From: Candidatus Omnitrophota bacterium | GTDB taxonomy: Bacteria > Ratteibacteria > UBA8468 > MWAK01 | Direction: 5' to 3' | Length of the DNA: 64,000 nt | Assembly (NCBI GenBank): GCA_043826355.1 | Contig: JBDRQI010000011.1 | Coordinates: 45,517-109,516, forward strand | In this document: positions 46,003-55,713 of the stretch, piece by piece | How the letters are laid out: each line of letters starts with the position of its first letter | Position numbering within the stretch: the stretch's first letter is position 1 | Made by a program: the position numbers and the translations under genes | The notes under the pieces: generated by a model | What the model was told of the DNA's origin: nothing | The model's input: the letters and a program-made list of their open reading frames with translations, nothing else | Databases searched by the model: none

Positions 46003-46764
46003 TTAAACCGGACGAATTGATATGCCTTTTCGGGCAAGATACTCCTTGGCTTGGCGGATGGTATATTCCCCGTAATGAAAGATGCTGGCCGCCAGGACCG
46101 CATCCGCTTTTCCCTCATCCAGGACTTCAAAAAGGTGCTGCAGGTTTCCGGCGCCGCCGGAAGCGATCACCGGGACCGTTACCGCTTCCGAAATAGCCCG
46201 GGTCAGTTCTACGTCGTAGCCCTCTTTGGTGCCATCCCGGTCCATGCTGGTGAGGAGAATTTCTCCGGCACCCATTTCGACCGCTTTCTGTGCCCATTTT
46301 ATGGCCGAGAGTCCGGTCGGCGTCCGACCGCCGTATGTATAAACTTCCCAGGTTCCCGGCGCAATATTTTTGGCGTCAATTGCAACTACAATACACTGGT
46401 TGCCGAATTTATCCGCGCCCTCGGCAATTAACCCCGGGTTCTCGACCGCACTGGTATTGATGGAGATTTTATCCGCGCCGGCCCGCAAAATCTCTTTGAT
46501 GTCTTTCAGGCTTTTGATGCCTCCGCCGACGGTCAGCGGGATAAAAACAGAACCTGCGGTCCTTTCCACAATTTCCAGCAGGATTCCCCTTTTTTCAAAC
46601 GAAGCGGTGATATCCAGAAAGACCAGCTCGTCCGCTCCTTCCCGGCTATAAGCAGCGCCAATTTCCACCGGGTCGCCGGCATCGCGCAAATCCAGAAAAT
46701 TAATGCCTTTTACTACCCGGCCATCTTTAACATCCAGGCACGGTATGATTCTTTTGGTTACCAT
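46003..46764 (-). CDS. hisF: imidazole glycerol phosphate synthase subunit HisF
   Basis: [41 protein letters not shown]. Confidence 0.98.
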   Translation of the reverse strand: MVTKRIIPCLDVKDGRVVKGINFLDLRDAGDPVEIGAAYSREGADELVFLDITASFEKRGILLEIVERTAGSVFIPLTVGGGIKSLKDIKEILRAGADKISINTSAVENPGLIAEGADKFGNQCIVVAIDAKNIAPGTWEVYTYGGRTPTGLSAIKWAQKAVEMGAGEILLTSMDRDGTKEGYDVELTRAISEAVTVPVIASGGAGNLQHLFEVLDEGKADAVLAASIFHYGEYTIRQAKEYLARKGISIRPV

Positions 46765-46777
46765 ATTATTTTTTAAC

Positions 46778-46968
46778 GTTTTTCTTCAAGCGAGGCTTGT
46801 TTCTTTTGCAACACTTCGCGAAGCGACAGCGCAAAACAAGCAAAACGACAGGGTGAGTATCCGTGGCTTGCCTTGAATTTTAGGCAAGAACACGGAGAGT
46901 CTCGTTCTGGAGTTGCGTAGATTTTGCCTGGCGCGCAGCGTGTGTAGCAAAAGAGATAACCGAGCGCT
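46778..46968 (+). repeat. ~185-bp rod-like hairpin element, copy 4
   Basis: CTTGCCT/AGGCAAG apex; GGAGTTGCGTAG; same architecture as copies 1-3. Confidence 0.85.
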
Positions 46969-47031
46969 TTATTTTCGCAGAAACGCAAGTTATTGTCAAA
47001 TTAAAGGAGGAAACATTATAATAAAGGGCGG

Positions 47032-48531
47032 ATGGATAAAAAAAGAATTATTTTGACCGTCGGTATGGTCAGTCTGGTTACCATTCTGGTGCGCGTTGCC
47101 GGACTCGGCCGGGAGATGTTCAGCGCTTATTTTTTCGGAACAACCCTGGTTTATGACGCTTTTCTGCTGGCTTTTATGATTCCCAACTTCTTTCGGGGAA
47201 TCCTGGCAGAAGGCGGGCTGAACAGCGCTTTTATTCCTGTTTTTTCCGAGTACCTCTCTCCGGGAAAAAAGAAAGATGCCCAGAAAATCATAAGTGATAC
47301 GCTGGGTGCCAGTCTCTGTTTTACGCTGTCCCTTTCATTTTTTTTCTTCTTCGCATCAAGCCTGGCCGGATTCTTTCCCCTGAGTCAGAAAATTATTCTA
47401 ATGCTCTCCTTCCTGCGGTTTACCATTTTTTACCTCGTTTTTGTTTCGATGGCTGCCCTGGTGATGGGCGTTCTTAATTCCCTGGGTCATTTTTCCGGGC
47501 CGGCCCTGGCGCCCCTGGGTCTGGACCTTTTCTGGATATTGAGCCTGGTTACCATTGCGCCCTTCTTCGGGACCGGACTTGAAAGCAGAACTTACGGACT
47601 GATTATCGGTCTGCTGATAGGGGGGGCGGCCCAATTTTTTATACCGGTGCCGGCGCTCTGGCGCAGAGGTTTTTCCCTCAAGCCGACTTTTAACCTGAAA
47701 AATCCTGCCCTGGTGCGAATGGGTAAATTACTCGCACCGGTTATCATCGGCGTAGCGGTTACGCCCATCAATCTTCTGGTGGACTATTTTCTGGCAAGTG
47801 CCATTGCCCCCGGAATGGTCAGTTCGCTCTGGTACGCCAACCGGCTGGTGCAACTGCCGCTGGGTATTTTTGCGGTAACCCTGGGCACGGTTGCCCTGCC
47901 TTCAATGTCCCGGCAGGTCTCCGAAGGGAATTTAAGACAGATGAAAGAGACACTCGCTTATTCCCTTAAATTGGCTTTTCTGCTGGTTATTCCGGCCAGT
48001 TTCGGCTTTGTTTTTTTTCGGGAACCGATTATCCAGGTCCTTTTTCAGCGGGGCCTTTTTACCAGCCAGTCTACCCAGGCGACCGGTATCGCGCTCCTTT
48101 TTTTCTCCCTGGGCCTTTTCGGGTACAGCGGTAATATCGTATTAACCCGGGCGTTTTATGCCCTGAAGGATACCGCGACACCGGTCAGGGTTGGAATTTT
48201 GAGTATCGCCGCTAACTTGGTCCTGGACCTTATCTTGATAGTTCCGTTAAAACAGGGTGGCATTGCGCTGGCCACTTCCCTGGTCGGGATTTTTAACTTC
48301 ACTTTGCTTTTTTTTCTGCTGCACCGTAAGGTTGGCCTGTTGGGTGGTCGGAAACTTTTAAAAGCCGGCCTGGAGTTTGTTTTTTTGTCAGGTCTGGCGA
48401 CCTTCCTGGCGTTCGGTTATTTCCATTTTACGGCGGTAAGGTTTGGAACCGGCGTGGCTTTGTTCAGCGCATTAATTGCGGGCAGCATCTTTTATTTTGG
48501 GATAAATTATCTGCGCAAAAACTACCGGTGA
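47032..48531 (+). CDS. murJ: lipid II flippase MurJ
   Basis: PNFFRGILAEGGLNSAFIPVF, YANRLVQLPLG, FYALKDT. Confidence 0.95.
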   Translation: MDKKRIILTVGMVSLVTILVRVAGLGREMFSAYFFGTTLVYDAFLLAFMIPNFFRGILAEGGLNSAFIPVFSEYLSPGKKKDAQKIISDTLGASLCFTLSLSFFFFFASSLAGFFPLSQKIILMLSFLRFTIFYLVFVSMAALVMGVLNSLGHFSGPALAPLGLDLFWILSLVTIAPFFGTGLESRTYGLIIGLLIGGAAQFFIPVPALWRRGFSLKPTFNLKNPALVRMGKLLAPVIIGVAVTPINLLVDYFLASAIAPGMVSSLWYANRLVQLPLGIFAVTLGTVALPSMSRQVSEGNLRQMKETLAYSLKLAFLLVIPASFGFVFFREPIIQVLFQRGLFTSQSTQATGIALLFFSLGLFGYSGNIVLTRAFYALKDTATPVRVGILSIAANLVLDLILIVPLKQGGIALATSLVGIFNFTLLFFLLHRKVGLLGGRKLLKAGLEFVFLSGLATFLAFGYFHFTAVRFGTGVALFSALIAGSIFYFGINYLRKNYR

Positions 48532-48533
48532 TT

Positions 48534-48579
48534 CCCCTCACCATACCTCTCCCCATCGGGGAGAGGTATGGTGAGGGGG
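48534..48579. repeat. CCCCTCACC..GGTGAGGGG palindrome (possible terminator/REP)
   Basis: Near-perfect hairpin CCCCTCACCATACCTCTCCCC-ATC-GGGGAGAGGTATGGTGAGGGG. Confidence 0.75.
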
Positions 48580-48603
48580 TACGTGACGTGGTATAATAAA
48601 AAC

Positions 48604-49230
48604 ATGGAACCGGCTATCGCAATCGGTCGTTTATTTATTCTTATTTTTTCGGTGATTATCCACGAATGCAGTCACGGTGTGGCTGCCTTGCGTAACGGAG
48701 ACGATACCGCCCGGATTATGGGACGGTTGACTTTGAACCCTTTACCCCACATCGATATTTTCGGAACGATTATTATACCGGGCATTCTTTTGCTGACCGG
48801 CGTGCCGATAATTATCGGCTGGGCAAAGCCGGTCCCGATCAACCCTTACCGGTTCCGTGATTTCCGGCGGGGCATGATAGAAGTGGGTCTTTCCGGGCCG
48901 TTATCAAATATATTGCTGGCGGTTTTTTTTGCCTTTCTTTTACGGATAACCGGCGGCAACTCTTTTTCCGGAATAGGGTATCTGCTTTATTTTGGAGTTT
49001 TTATCAATTTTTTGCTGGCTCTTTTCAACCTCATTCCGATTCCGCCTCTGGACGGGTCCCGCATCTTAGGCAGTTTACTACCATTGAAGATGGAAGCAAG
49101 GTACTACCGGATAGAGCGTTACGGAATGTTTATTATTATCGCTCTTCTTTTCTTGGGTTTCTTTAATTTACTCTTTCCCGTATTAGTTTTTTTAACAAAC
49201 TTAGTTACCGGCGCATCACTGCCTTATTAG
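48604..49230 (+). CDS. site-2 protease (M50) family protein
   Basis: HECSH, GWAKPVP, FNLIPIPPLDG. Confidence 0.94.
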   Translation: MEPAIAIGRLFILIFSVIIHECSHGVAALRNGDDTARIMGRLTLNPLPHIDIFGTIIIPGILLLTGVPIIIGWAKPVPINPYRFRDFRRGMIEVGLSGPLSNILLAVFFAFLLRITGGNSFSGIGYLLYFGVFINFLLALFNLIPIPPLDGSRILGSLLPLKMEARYYRIERYGMFIIIALLFLGFFNLLFPVLVFLTNLVTGASLPY

Positions 49231-49256
49231 GCGGGTGGTGTGAAAGGAGTTTAAGT

Positions 49257-49541
49257 ATGGATTTCTCAATTTTGGTATCGATTTTTGAGGCTTCCGGCTG
49301 GCAGGCCCTGGGCAAGATTCCCAATCCGGTCACCAACAAGACGGAACTGAACCTTCCGGCCGCTGAAAACACGATTGAAATTTTAATCCTGTTGAGGGAA
49401 AAATCCCGGGGAAACCTCACCCCGGATGAAGAAAAATATCTATCGGCCGCAATCGCAAACCTGCAGTTAAATTACGCCGCCGAAAAAGAGAATCCGCAAA
49501 CCGGTGCCGTCGAAAAAGAAGGGGTTGCAAAAGAAGGTTGA
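49257..49541 (+). CDS. DUF1844-like protein
   Basis: LGKIPNP..AENTIEIL.LLREKSRGNLT..E..L....LQLNY. Confidence 0.75.
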   Translation: MDFSILVSIFEASGWQALGKIPNPVTNKTELNLPAAENTIEILILLREKSRGNLTPDEEKYLSAAIANLQLNYAAEKENPQTGAVEKEGVAKEG

Positions 49542-50928
49542 TGAACTGCCGAACCTGCCGGGCGTGTATCTTTTTCGGGATAAGTCCGGCCGGATAATTT
49601 ATGCCGGAAAAGCTCTTTCCCTGCGCAACCGGGTCCGCTCCTATTTTCAATCAAGCCGGTCTTTTGACCCGAAGACCGAACTTCTGGTTAACGAAATAGC
49701 CGATATTGAACATTACCCCACTGCCGGCGAAGCCGAAGCGTTCTTTCTGGAAAGCCGCTTCATTAAAACCTATCAGCCGCACTACAACGTAGATTTGCGC
49801 GACGACAAGACCTTTCCCCTGGTACGCATCACCAAAAATGATTTTCCGCGGGTTGAGATTATTCGGGGCAGAAAAGGAAAAGACGCTTATTATTTCGGAC
49901 CTTTTACCGAGGCCTGGGCTCTGCGCCGGGCGGTGCGTAATCTGCGCCGGATATTTCCGGTGGCCGGCTGCCGGCGCCGGATTAATCCGAAAAATCCGGT
50001 CAGGCCCTGTTTTGATTATAACCTGAAACGCTGCCTGGCGCCGTGCGCCGGGAAAACTACGCACGAGGAATATAGCCGCACCGTCCGCGCCCTCCTGTCT
50101 TTTTTTGAAGGTAAAAACAGACGGATTATTTCGGAGTTGAAAACGGCGATGGAAAAAGCCGCCGGAGAACTGAACTTTGAAGAGGCGGCCCGGATACGCG
50201 ACGAAATAGACGTATTGCGGCGGGTACAAAAACACCCGAAGGCGCTGGGAAGGGAACGGCCGTTTCAGGAGGCAATTTTAAACCTTAAAGACAGTCTGGA
50301 GTTACGGAAGGAACCGGTGCGGATTGAGGCTTACGATATTTCCAATCTTTCCGGGCGGGAAGCCGTGGGGAGTATGGTCACCTTTCTGGCCGGAGAACCC
50401 TGCCGGAAAATGTACCGGCGATTTCGGATAAAAGAGGTTGGGGGCATTGATGACTGTGCGATGATATCTGAGGTTTTAAAGCGGCGGTTCCGGGAAAAGG
50501 AATGGTCCTTGCCGGACCTTATCCTGGTTGACGGCGGCCGGGGCCAGGTAGCGTCGGCTAATCGTGTTTTGAAAAGTAACCACTGCGAAATTCCCCTGGT
50601 AGGGCTGGCGAAAGAAGAGGAACAAATTTTTGCGCCGGGCAAAAGGAAACCGCTGCCGGTTTCCCGGTCTTCACCGGAAGGCCTGTTTTTACAACGCATT
50701 AGAAATGAAGCGCACCGTTTTGCGGTCTCTTACCACCGAAACCTCCAACAAAAAAAAGTAACCGCGTCCGCTCTTGATTCCATACCGGGCATCGGTCCCA
50801 GGCGAAAAGCGTTCCTCTGGCGCAGGTTTTCATCTTTGGAAGAGATTAAATCCGCCCCGGTAATAGAACTGCTGAAAGCAGGCATTCCCGAAAAGGTTGC
50901 TTTAAAACTGAAAAAGATTTTTGTTTAG
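49504..50928 (+). CDS. uvrC: excinuclease ABC subunit C
   Basis: PGVYLF..YAGKALSLRNRVRSYF, EAYDISN, DGGRGQ, RNEAHRFA, HhH. Confidence 0.95.
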   Translation: MPSKKKGLQKKVDELPNLPGVYLFRDKSGRIIYAGKALSLRNRVRSYFQSSRSFDPKTELLVNEIADIEHYPTAGEAEAFFLESRFIKTYQPHYNVDLRDDKTFPLVRITKNDFPRVEIIRGRKGKDAYYFGPFTEAWALRRAVRNLRRIFPVAGCRRRINPKNPVRPCFDYNLKRCLAPCAGKTTHEEYSRTVRALLSFFEGKNRRIISELKTAMEKAAGELNFEEAARIRDEIDVLRRVQKHPKALGRERPFQEAILNLKDSLELRKEPVRIEAYDISNLSGREAVGSMVTFLAGEPCRKMYRRFRIKEVGGIDDCAMISEVLKRRFREKEWSLPDLILVDGGRGQVASANRVLKSNHCEIPLVGLAKEEEQIFAPGKRKPLPVSRSSPEGLFLQRIRNEAHRFAVSYHRNLQQKKVTASALDSIPGIGPRRKAFLWRRFSSLEEIKSAPVIELLKAGIPEKVALKLKKIFV

Positions 50929-51189
50929 AAGATTATCCCAATCCCCGGGACGTGTTATCAAAAAAAATTTCCAAGACCGGCCGGAAAGGGTATAATTATT
51001 AAGGGAAATACGGACGGGTTAAAAATGTTCCTGCAGTCTTTGTCTGAAGAATAAAAGGCGTGGTACAATTAATAGCGATTTATTCTCGGAAATTACCCCC
51101 GTTAAGCCTGAAGTTTCAAACGGGGGTAACCAAACTTTGGCTGTTCCGGGCTGATAAGGTGCGGTGATTTTACAAAACGGGGGGATAGA

Positions 51190-54100
51190 ATGACTATTCG
51201 GAAAGTCAGATATTTCACGGTAGCGGCGCTTGGTTTGTTCTTTCTTTTTAAAAACAGTTACTATGCGGCATCAGCCGAGGTATCCGGGACCGCCGAAATC
51301 CGTTTTGTAACCGCCGGGCCGGTTATTGACGGTAAACTTGACGACCCGGCCTGGAAAAAGGCGGACGTCTTAACCGGGTTTACCGTTCCCGGAGATATGG
51401 ATATGGCGCGCGACCAGTCAGAGGCGCGCATGCTGTTTAATAAAGAATATCTTTACGTAGGCCTTAAGGCATACGAATCTTCCCCCGGTTTGATGGTTCG
51501 CGAAGCAACAAGTGTTTTCGGAACAGACTCCGTTGAGTTTTTCATCCAGCCGGACCAGGACAAAGAGACCTATTACCAGGTTGCCGTGTCAACAGCCGGA
51601 AAGGTTTATACGGGTATGATGCTGAGTCCGGCGTGGAGTCCCGCCCTGAAGGTTGCCACCGGGCAGGCAGACGGCTCTTGGACGGTGGAATTGGCCATCC
51701 CATTGTCGGATTTGGGGATAACCGCCCTGTTGCCGGGCGCCGAAAAAAAGGTCCGCTTCAATATCTGCCGCAACGACTGGGCGGAACCGGCCCGGGGCAC
51801 GGAAGCGAAATACAGTTCTTTTTCTCCCCTGGGAATAGCGAGTTTCCACGTTCCGGAAATGTGGTCGTCCGGCGTGATGACGCTTAAGCCGGGCGAACCG
51901 CGCGAGGTCGTCAATAAGCCGCGCTATGTCAACCTCATGGCAAACCCTGAATTCGACTTCCACAAAGACAACTATCCCTCCGACTGGCAGATTCCTCAAA
52001 ATTACTGGCAAAACGGCGATGTGTCGCGCCGGGAGACTATGGCGATGTCAAGAGAGTGGATTATCGCCGCCACCGGAGAGGCGTACGTTGTCATGCGACA
52101 GGATGTCAAACTTATTCCCGGCAAAACCTATACGGTGCGGGTGAAGGCGCGGAAGTTCGGAGAATGCAACCTCGGTATCATCGTGTCCGGAAGCACTATT
52201 TTATGGAACTGCCCTTTGACGACGGACTTCCGTTATTATTACGCGATTTTTAAGGCCGGCGAGAAGCCCGCGGAACTTATCTTCTACCGGATGGGCCCCC
52301 AGACGAAGATTGACGGCATGGAGTTTGCCTCAGTCCATCTGTTTGAGGGGCAGATTTCACCGCTTTCAATCAGACAGTTTATCCGCACGGGTTTAGAGAA
52401 AAAGGCGGAGAATACCGAAATTCCTCTTCCCCCGAACTATTACGGCGTGACCGGCGAAAAGACAAGGGTGATGGCCGTCGCCTACAGATTATTCACAGCC
52501 CGGGAATACCTGGAGATTTTTGCGGGGTTGAATATTGAAGCGGACATATTAATCACCACGGGCGCAAACCAGGATACCTATTATACGGAAACCGACCCGG
52601 ATCTGGTGGAACAGCGCCTGGACGGCAACCAGTACGACGTCTATATGATTGGAGGGATGGCGGTGGGAAGAGTTGGTGAAGCGCTGGCCAAAAAAATATC
52701 CGAAAATACGGAAAAGGGAGCCGGGCTCATTATCAACGCCAAGCACGCGCGCGGCAACTTTAAAGACTTGCTGGCCAGATACAAACCGGCGCCGGCGGAA
52801 CCAACGCATTACCTGAAACAGGGCCTGCCAACGGAACTCTATCCGATGGACGACCCGGCCGGCGAAATAAAAACATCCCGGGCGGATAAAGGCAGGATAG
52901 TTGAGGTTGCTCTGGGATATTGGGATTTTAAAATCTATCTTCCAGACGCGGACGGGACTCTCGCCTATTTAACCTTTCCGCACCAGCGTTATTCCAGCGC
53001 CTGGTTTGCCCGCGTAATCTATTACGCTTCCGGCAAACACGAAACCACCATCAGCAATATTTCGTTTGAGAACGGCCATATTTCAACCGGCATTGAAGGC
53101 GCTGCGTCCGGGGCGCAACTGCAGTGGCAGCTGGAAGACAAGAACGGCAGACCCGTATCCGGGGGCATAATCCCGGTCAAGTATAATCAGGCCGGTTTCG
53201 CGCTTCCCCGCCTGACCATGGCCGGTAATTATATCCTGGGCCTGTGGCTGAAGGACGGCAACGGGTCGGTAATGGATTACAACGCCTGCGCCGTAAAGAA
53301 TGAAGGGCCCGGGATAGCGCAGTTGGAAAGCGCCAGGGAGTTCCATACCGGAGCCGAGCCCGGAGAGTTTACGGCAAAGCTGGACGGTTTTGACGATACG
53401 ATGACCCTGGACTGGGAGTTGGAAGATTTTGCCGGCCGCGTTCTTGAGTCAGGCAGCGTTAAGGCAGCCCGGACGGTGCGGTTTGAAGTACCGCTTGATG
53501 CTGTTTATACCAACCTGGCGCGTTTATGGGTTTATCTGAAATCAGGCGGGATAGAACTTGATGCCCAGCGATTTGCGGTATATCTTCCTGACCGGGACCG
53601 GGCGAGACTGCTGAATGACTATACTGTTTCTGTCTGGCCTGAGGGATGCACGAATCCTGATGCGGCCCCCTATGTTAACCGCTCATTGGAAATGATGGGC
53701 ATACGCGCTAAACAGCATACCACCCATATTCTCAGCCTTAATGACGGGCTCGGCACCACCGCAAACCTGACACACAGCGGGGGCCAACATTTCATCCCCA
53801 GCGATGGTTCCGGCAAACCGGTGATAAACAATATCCGCCAGCCCAGTTTGAGCGACCCCAAAATTCTCAAGGAGATAGAAGACGGCGCTAAAAAACGGGC
53901 CGAGTCCGACCGCAAGTACGGCCCCATTTTAGCCGGCGTAGTGGATGAACCCGGGCTCACCAGCCGTAACAGCCGGGACGAGGTTGACGCCCACCCCGAA
54001 AGCCTGAAAGGATACCGGAAACGGATGCAGGAGAAATACGGGACCATTGAGCGCTTCAACCAGAGGTGTTCCACGAATTATAAGAGTTTTGACGAGATAG

Positions 54101-55713
54101 GTCTCGTCCTGACAAAGGAGGCGCGCGCCCGGCAAAACTACGCGGAATTCGTAGAATGGAACAATTACATCGTGGACAGATACGTGGAGGCCTTCCGGCT
54201 GGCAACAGACAGTTACCATTCCCAGGACCCCGACGTGCCCATTTCCATGCAAAATTCGTTCGGCCAGCGCGCACTGGGCGGCAACGATTATTGGAAACTT
54301 TTAACCCGCGCCGGGTTCGGATTTTCCAATGAATACACTTCCATGGTTCAGATGGATGACCCGTTCCGCAACTTTGACGAACTCTACCGCAGTTTCCGGC
54401 CGGATATGCGGGTCTGGGGTTATATCGGATACACCTGGTCCAAAGATTATGCGACGTTCCAGCCCTGGTGGTTTGCGCTGCACCGCTACGGCGGGTTTTC
54501 ATTTTTTTCCGCAACCGGCCTTGACCCCGGGGAGGTATCCTGGAACCTGTTGGACCTCCCCGGCCTGGGCCTCTCCCAGAAAGGCCAACTGCTGAAAAAC
54601 GGGTTTGAGGATTCCAAACTTTCCGACGGTCTGGGCAAGGTATTCCTTGAATACGACTGGGCCAAGCGCGACATAGCCATTCTCTATTCCCAGCCCTCCC
54701 TGCTGGTTGCCTGGTGCCGGGGCACCGAACAGGGGCAGAACGACCTGGTTGCCAACAGTCCCTACCGCAACTATTTTTACAGCCGGCACAGTGCGCGGTA
54801 TCTGCTGGAGGAACTGCTCTACCAGTATGATTTTGTAGCCCCGGAACAGTTGGATGAGGATATCCTTAATTCGTATAAAGTGCTGATACTGCCTCACATT
54901 GAAGCGCTTTCCGATGCTAACGTTCAAAAGATAACCGCCTTTCTTAAACGCGGAGGGGTTGTTATCTCCGATATTATCCCGGCCGGTTACGATGAACTGG
55001 GCACGCCCCGGGGAGACTCGCCGTTTAATGATATGAAGAACAAGGCCGGTTTTGTCCTTTTTGATAATATCTTTAACGACAAAGACCAGCTGCAGCGCGA
55101 AAAGATGCTTGCGTTATTAAACGAGAAACGGATTGAACCGATTATCCGGTGTGATGATGCGGCATCAACCTCCGGCCGCGAAGCGATGCATTTTGTTAAA
55201 AAGGATATGCATCTCTATGCCGTCACCAGGGATTTTCGCCGCAGCACCGACAGCAAAGAACAGCAGTTTGTATTCCCGGCCCCGGGGCATCTGTATGATG
55301 TGCGCGAAAGCAGGTACCTCGGTGAAACAGACCGCGTAACCTGCGCCATCCCCAACGCCGGCACAAAGGTATATGGCCTTTATCCCTATCAGGTAACCGG
55401 TATTGCGGTGAACGTTCCCGAACGGGTGCAGGCCGGTACGGACCTGTCGGCGGATATCAGGTTGAAAACTTCCACCGGTAAAGCGGGACATCACATTTTC
55501 CACGTAGAAGTATTGCCCCCGGAAGGGGAAGCGCGCTGGTTTATGAAACGGAATATTGTTGCTCCGGAAGGCAACACCGTCTTTAAATTCCGCATGGCGG
55601 AAAATGACCCTGAGGGGAACTGGACCCTGCGGATAACCGATGTAATGACCGGGACCACCGCGACCAAAGAAGTTTCGTTATACCAGGGCCAGGCGCGTAA
55701 ATCTGAAAAATGA
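51190..55713 (+). CDS. large secreted modular CAZyme-like protein (CBM9-like, CBM4/9-like, GH42-like catalytic and trimerisation domains)
   Basis: Signal peptide; PVIDGKLDDPAW..WTVELAIP; NPEFD..PGKTYTV; DEP, KYGTIERFN; YDFV..YKVLILP. Confidence 0.65.
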   Translation: MTIRKVRYFTVAALGLFFLFKNSYYAASAEVSGTAEIRFVTAGPVIDGKLDDPAWKKADVLTGFTVPGDMDMARDQSEARMLFNKEYLYVGLKAYESSPGLMVREATSVFGTDSVEFFIQPDQDKETYYQVAVSTAGKVYTGMMLSPAWSPALKVATGQADGSWTVELAIPLSDLGITALLPGAEKKVRFNICRNDWAEPARGTEAKYSSFSPLGIASFHVPEMWSSGVMTLKPGEPREVVNKPRYVNLMANPEFDFHKDNYPSDWQIPQNYWQNGDVSRRETMAMSREWIIAATGEAYVVMRQDVKLIPGKTYTVRVKARKFGECNLGIIVSGSTILWNCPLTTDFRYYYAIFKAGEKPAELIFYRMGPQTKIDGMEFASVHLFEGQISPLSIRQFIRTGLEKKAENTEIPLPPNYYGVTGEKTRVMAVAYRLFTAREYLEIFAGLNIEADILITTGANQDTYYTETDPDLVEQRLDGNQYDVYMIGGMAVGRVGEALAKKISENTEKGAGLIINAKHARGNFKDLLARYKPAPAEPTHYLKQGLPTELYPMDDPAGEIKTSRADKGRIVEVALGYWDFKIYLPDADGTLAYLTFPHQRYSSAWFARVIYYASGKHETTISNISFENGHISTGIEGAASGAQLQWQLEDKNGRPVSGGIIPVKYNQAGFALPRLTMAGNYILGLWLKDGNGSVMDYNACAVKNEGPGIAQLESAREFHTGAEPGEFTAKLDGFDDTMTLDWELEDFAGRVLESGSVKAARTVRFEVPLDAVYTNLARLWVYLKSGGIELDAQRFAVYLPDRDRARLLNDYTVSVWPEGCTNPDAAPYVNRSLEMMGIRAKQHTTHILSLNDGLGTTANLTHSGGQHFIPSDGSGKPVINNIRQPSLSDPKILKEIEDGAKKRAESDRKYGPILAGVVDEPGLTSRNSRDEVDAHPESLKGYRKRMQEKYGTIERFNQRCSTNYKSFDEIGLVLTKEARARQNYAEFVEWNNYIVDRYVEAFRLATDSYHSQDPDVPISMQNSFGQRALGGNDYWKLLTRAGFGFSNEYTSMVQMDDPFRNFDELYRSFRPDMRVWGYIGYTWSKDYATFQPWWFALHRYGGFSFFSATGLDPGEVSWNLLDLPGLGLSQKGQLLKNGFEDSKLSDGLGKVFLEYDWAKRDIAILYSQPSLLVAWCRGTEQGQNDLVANSPYRNYFYSRHSARYLLEELLYQYDFVAPEQLDEDILNSYKVLILPHIEALSDANVQKITAFLKRGGVVISDIIPAGYDELGTPRGDSPFNDMKNKAGFVLFDNIFNDKDQLQREKMLALLNEKRIEPIIRCDDAASTSGREAMHFVKKDMHLYAVTRDFRRSTDSKEQQFVFPAPGHLYDVRESRYLGETDRVTCAIPNAGTKVYGLYPYQVTGIAVNVPERVQAGTDLSADIRLKTSTGKAGHHIFHVEVLPPEGEARWFMKRNIVAPEGNTVFKFRMAENDPEGNWTLRITDVMTGTTATKEVSLYQGQARKSEK

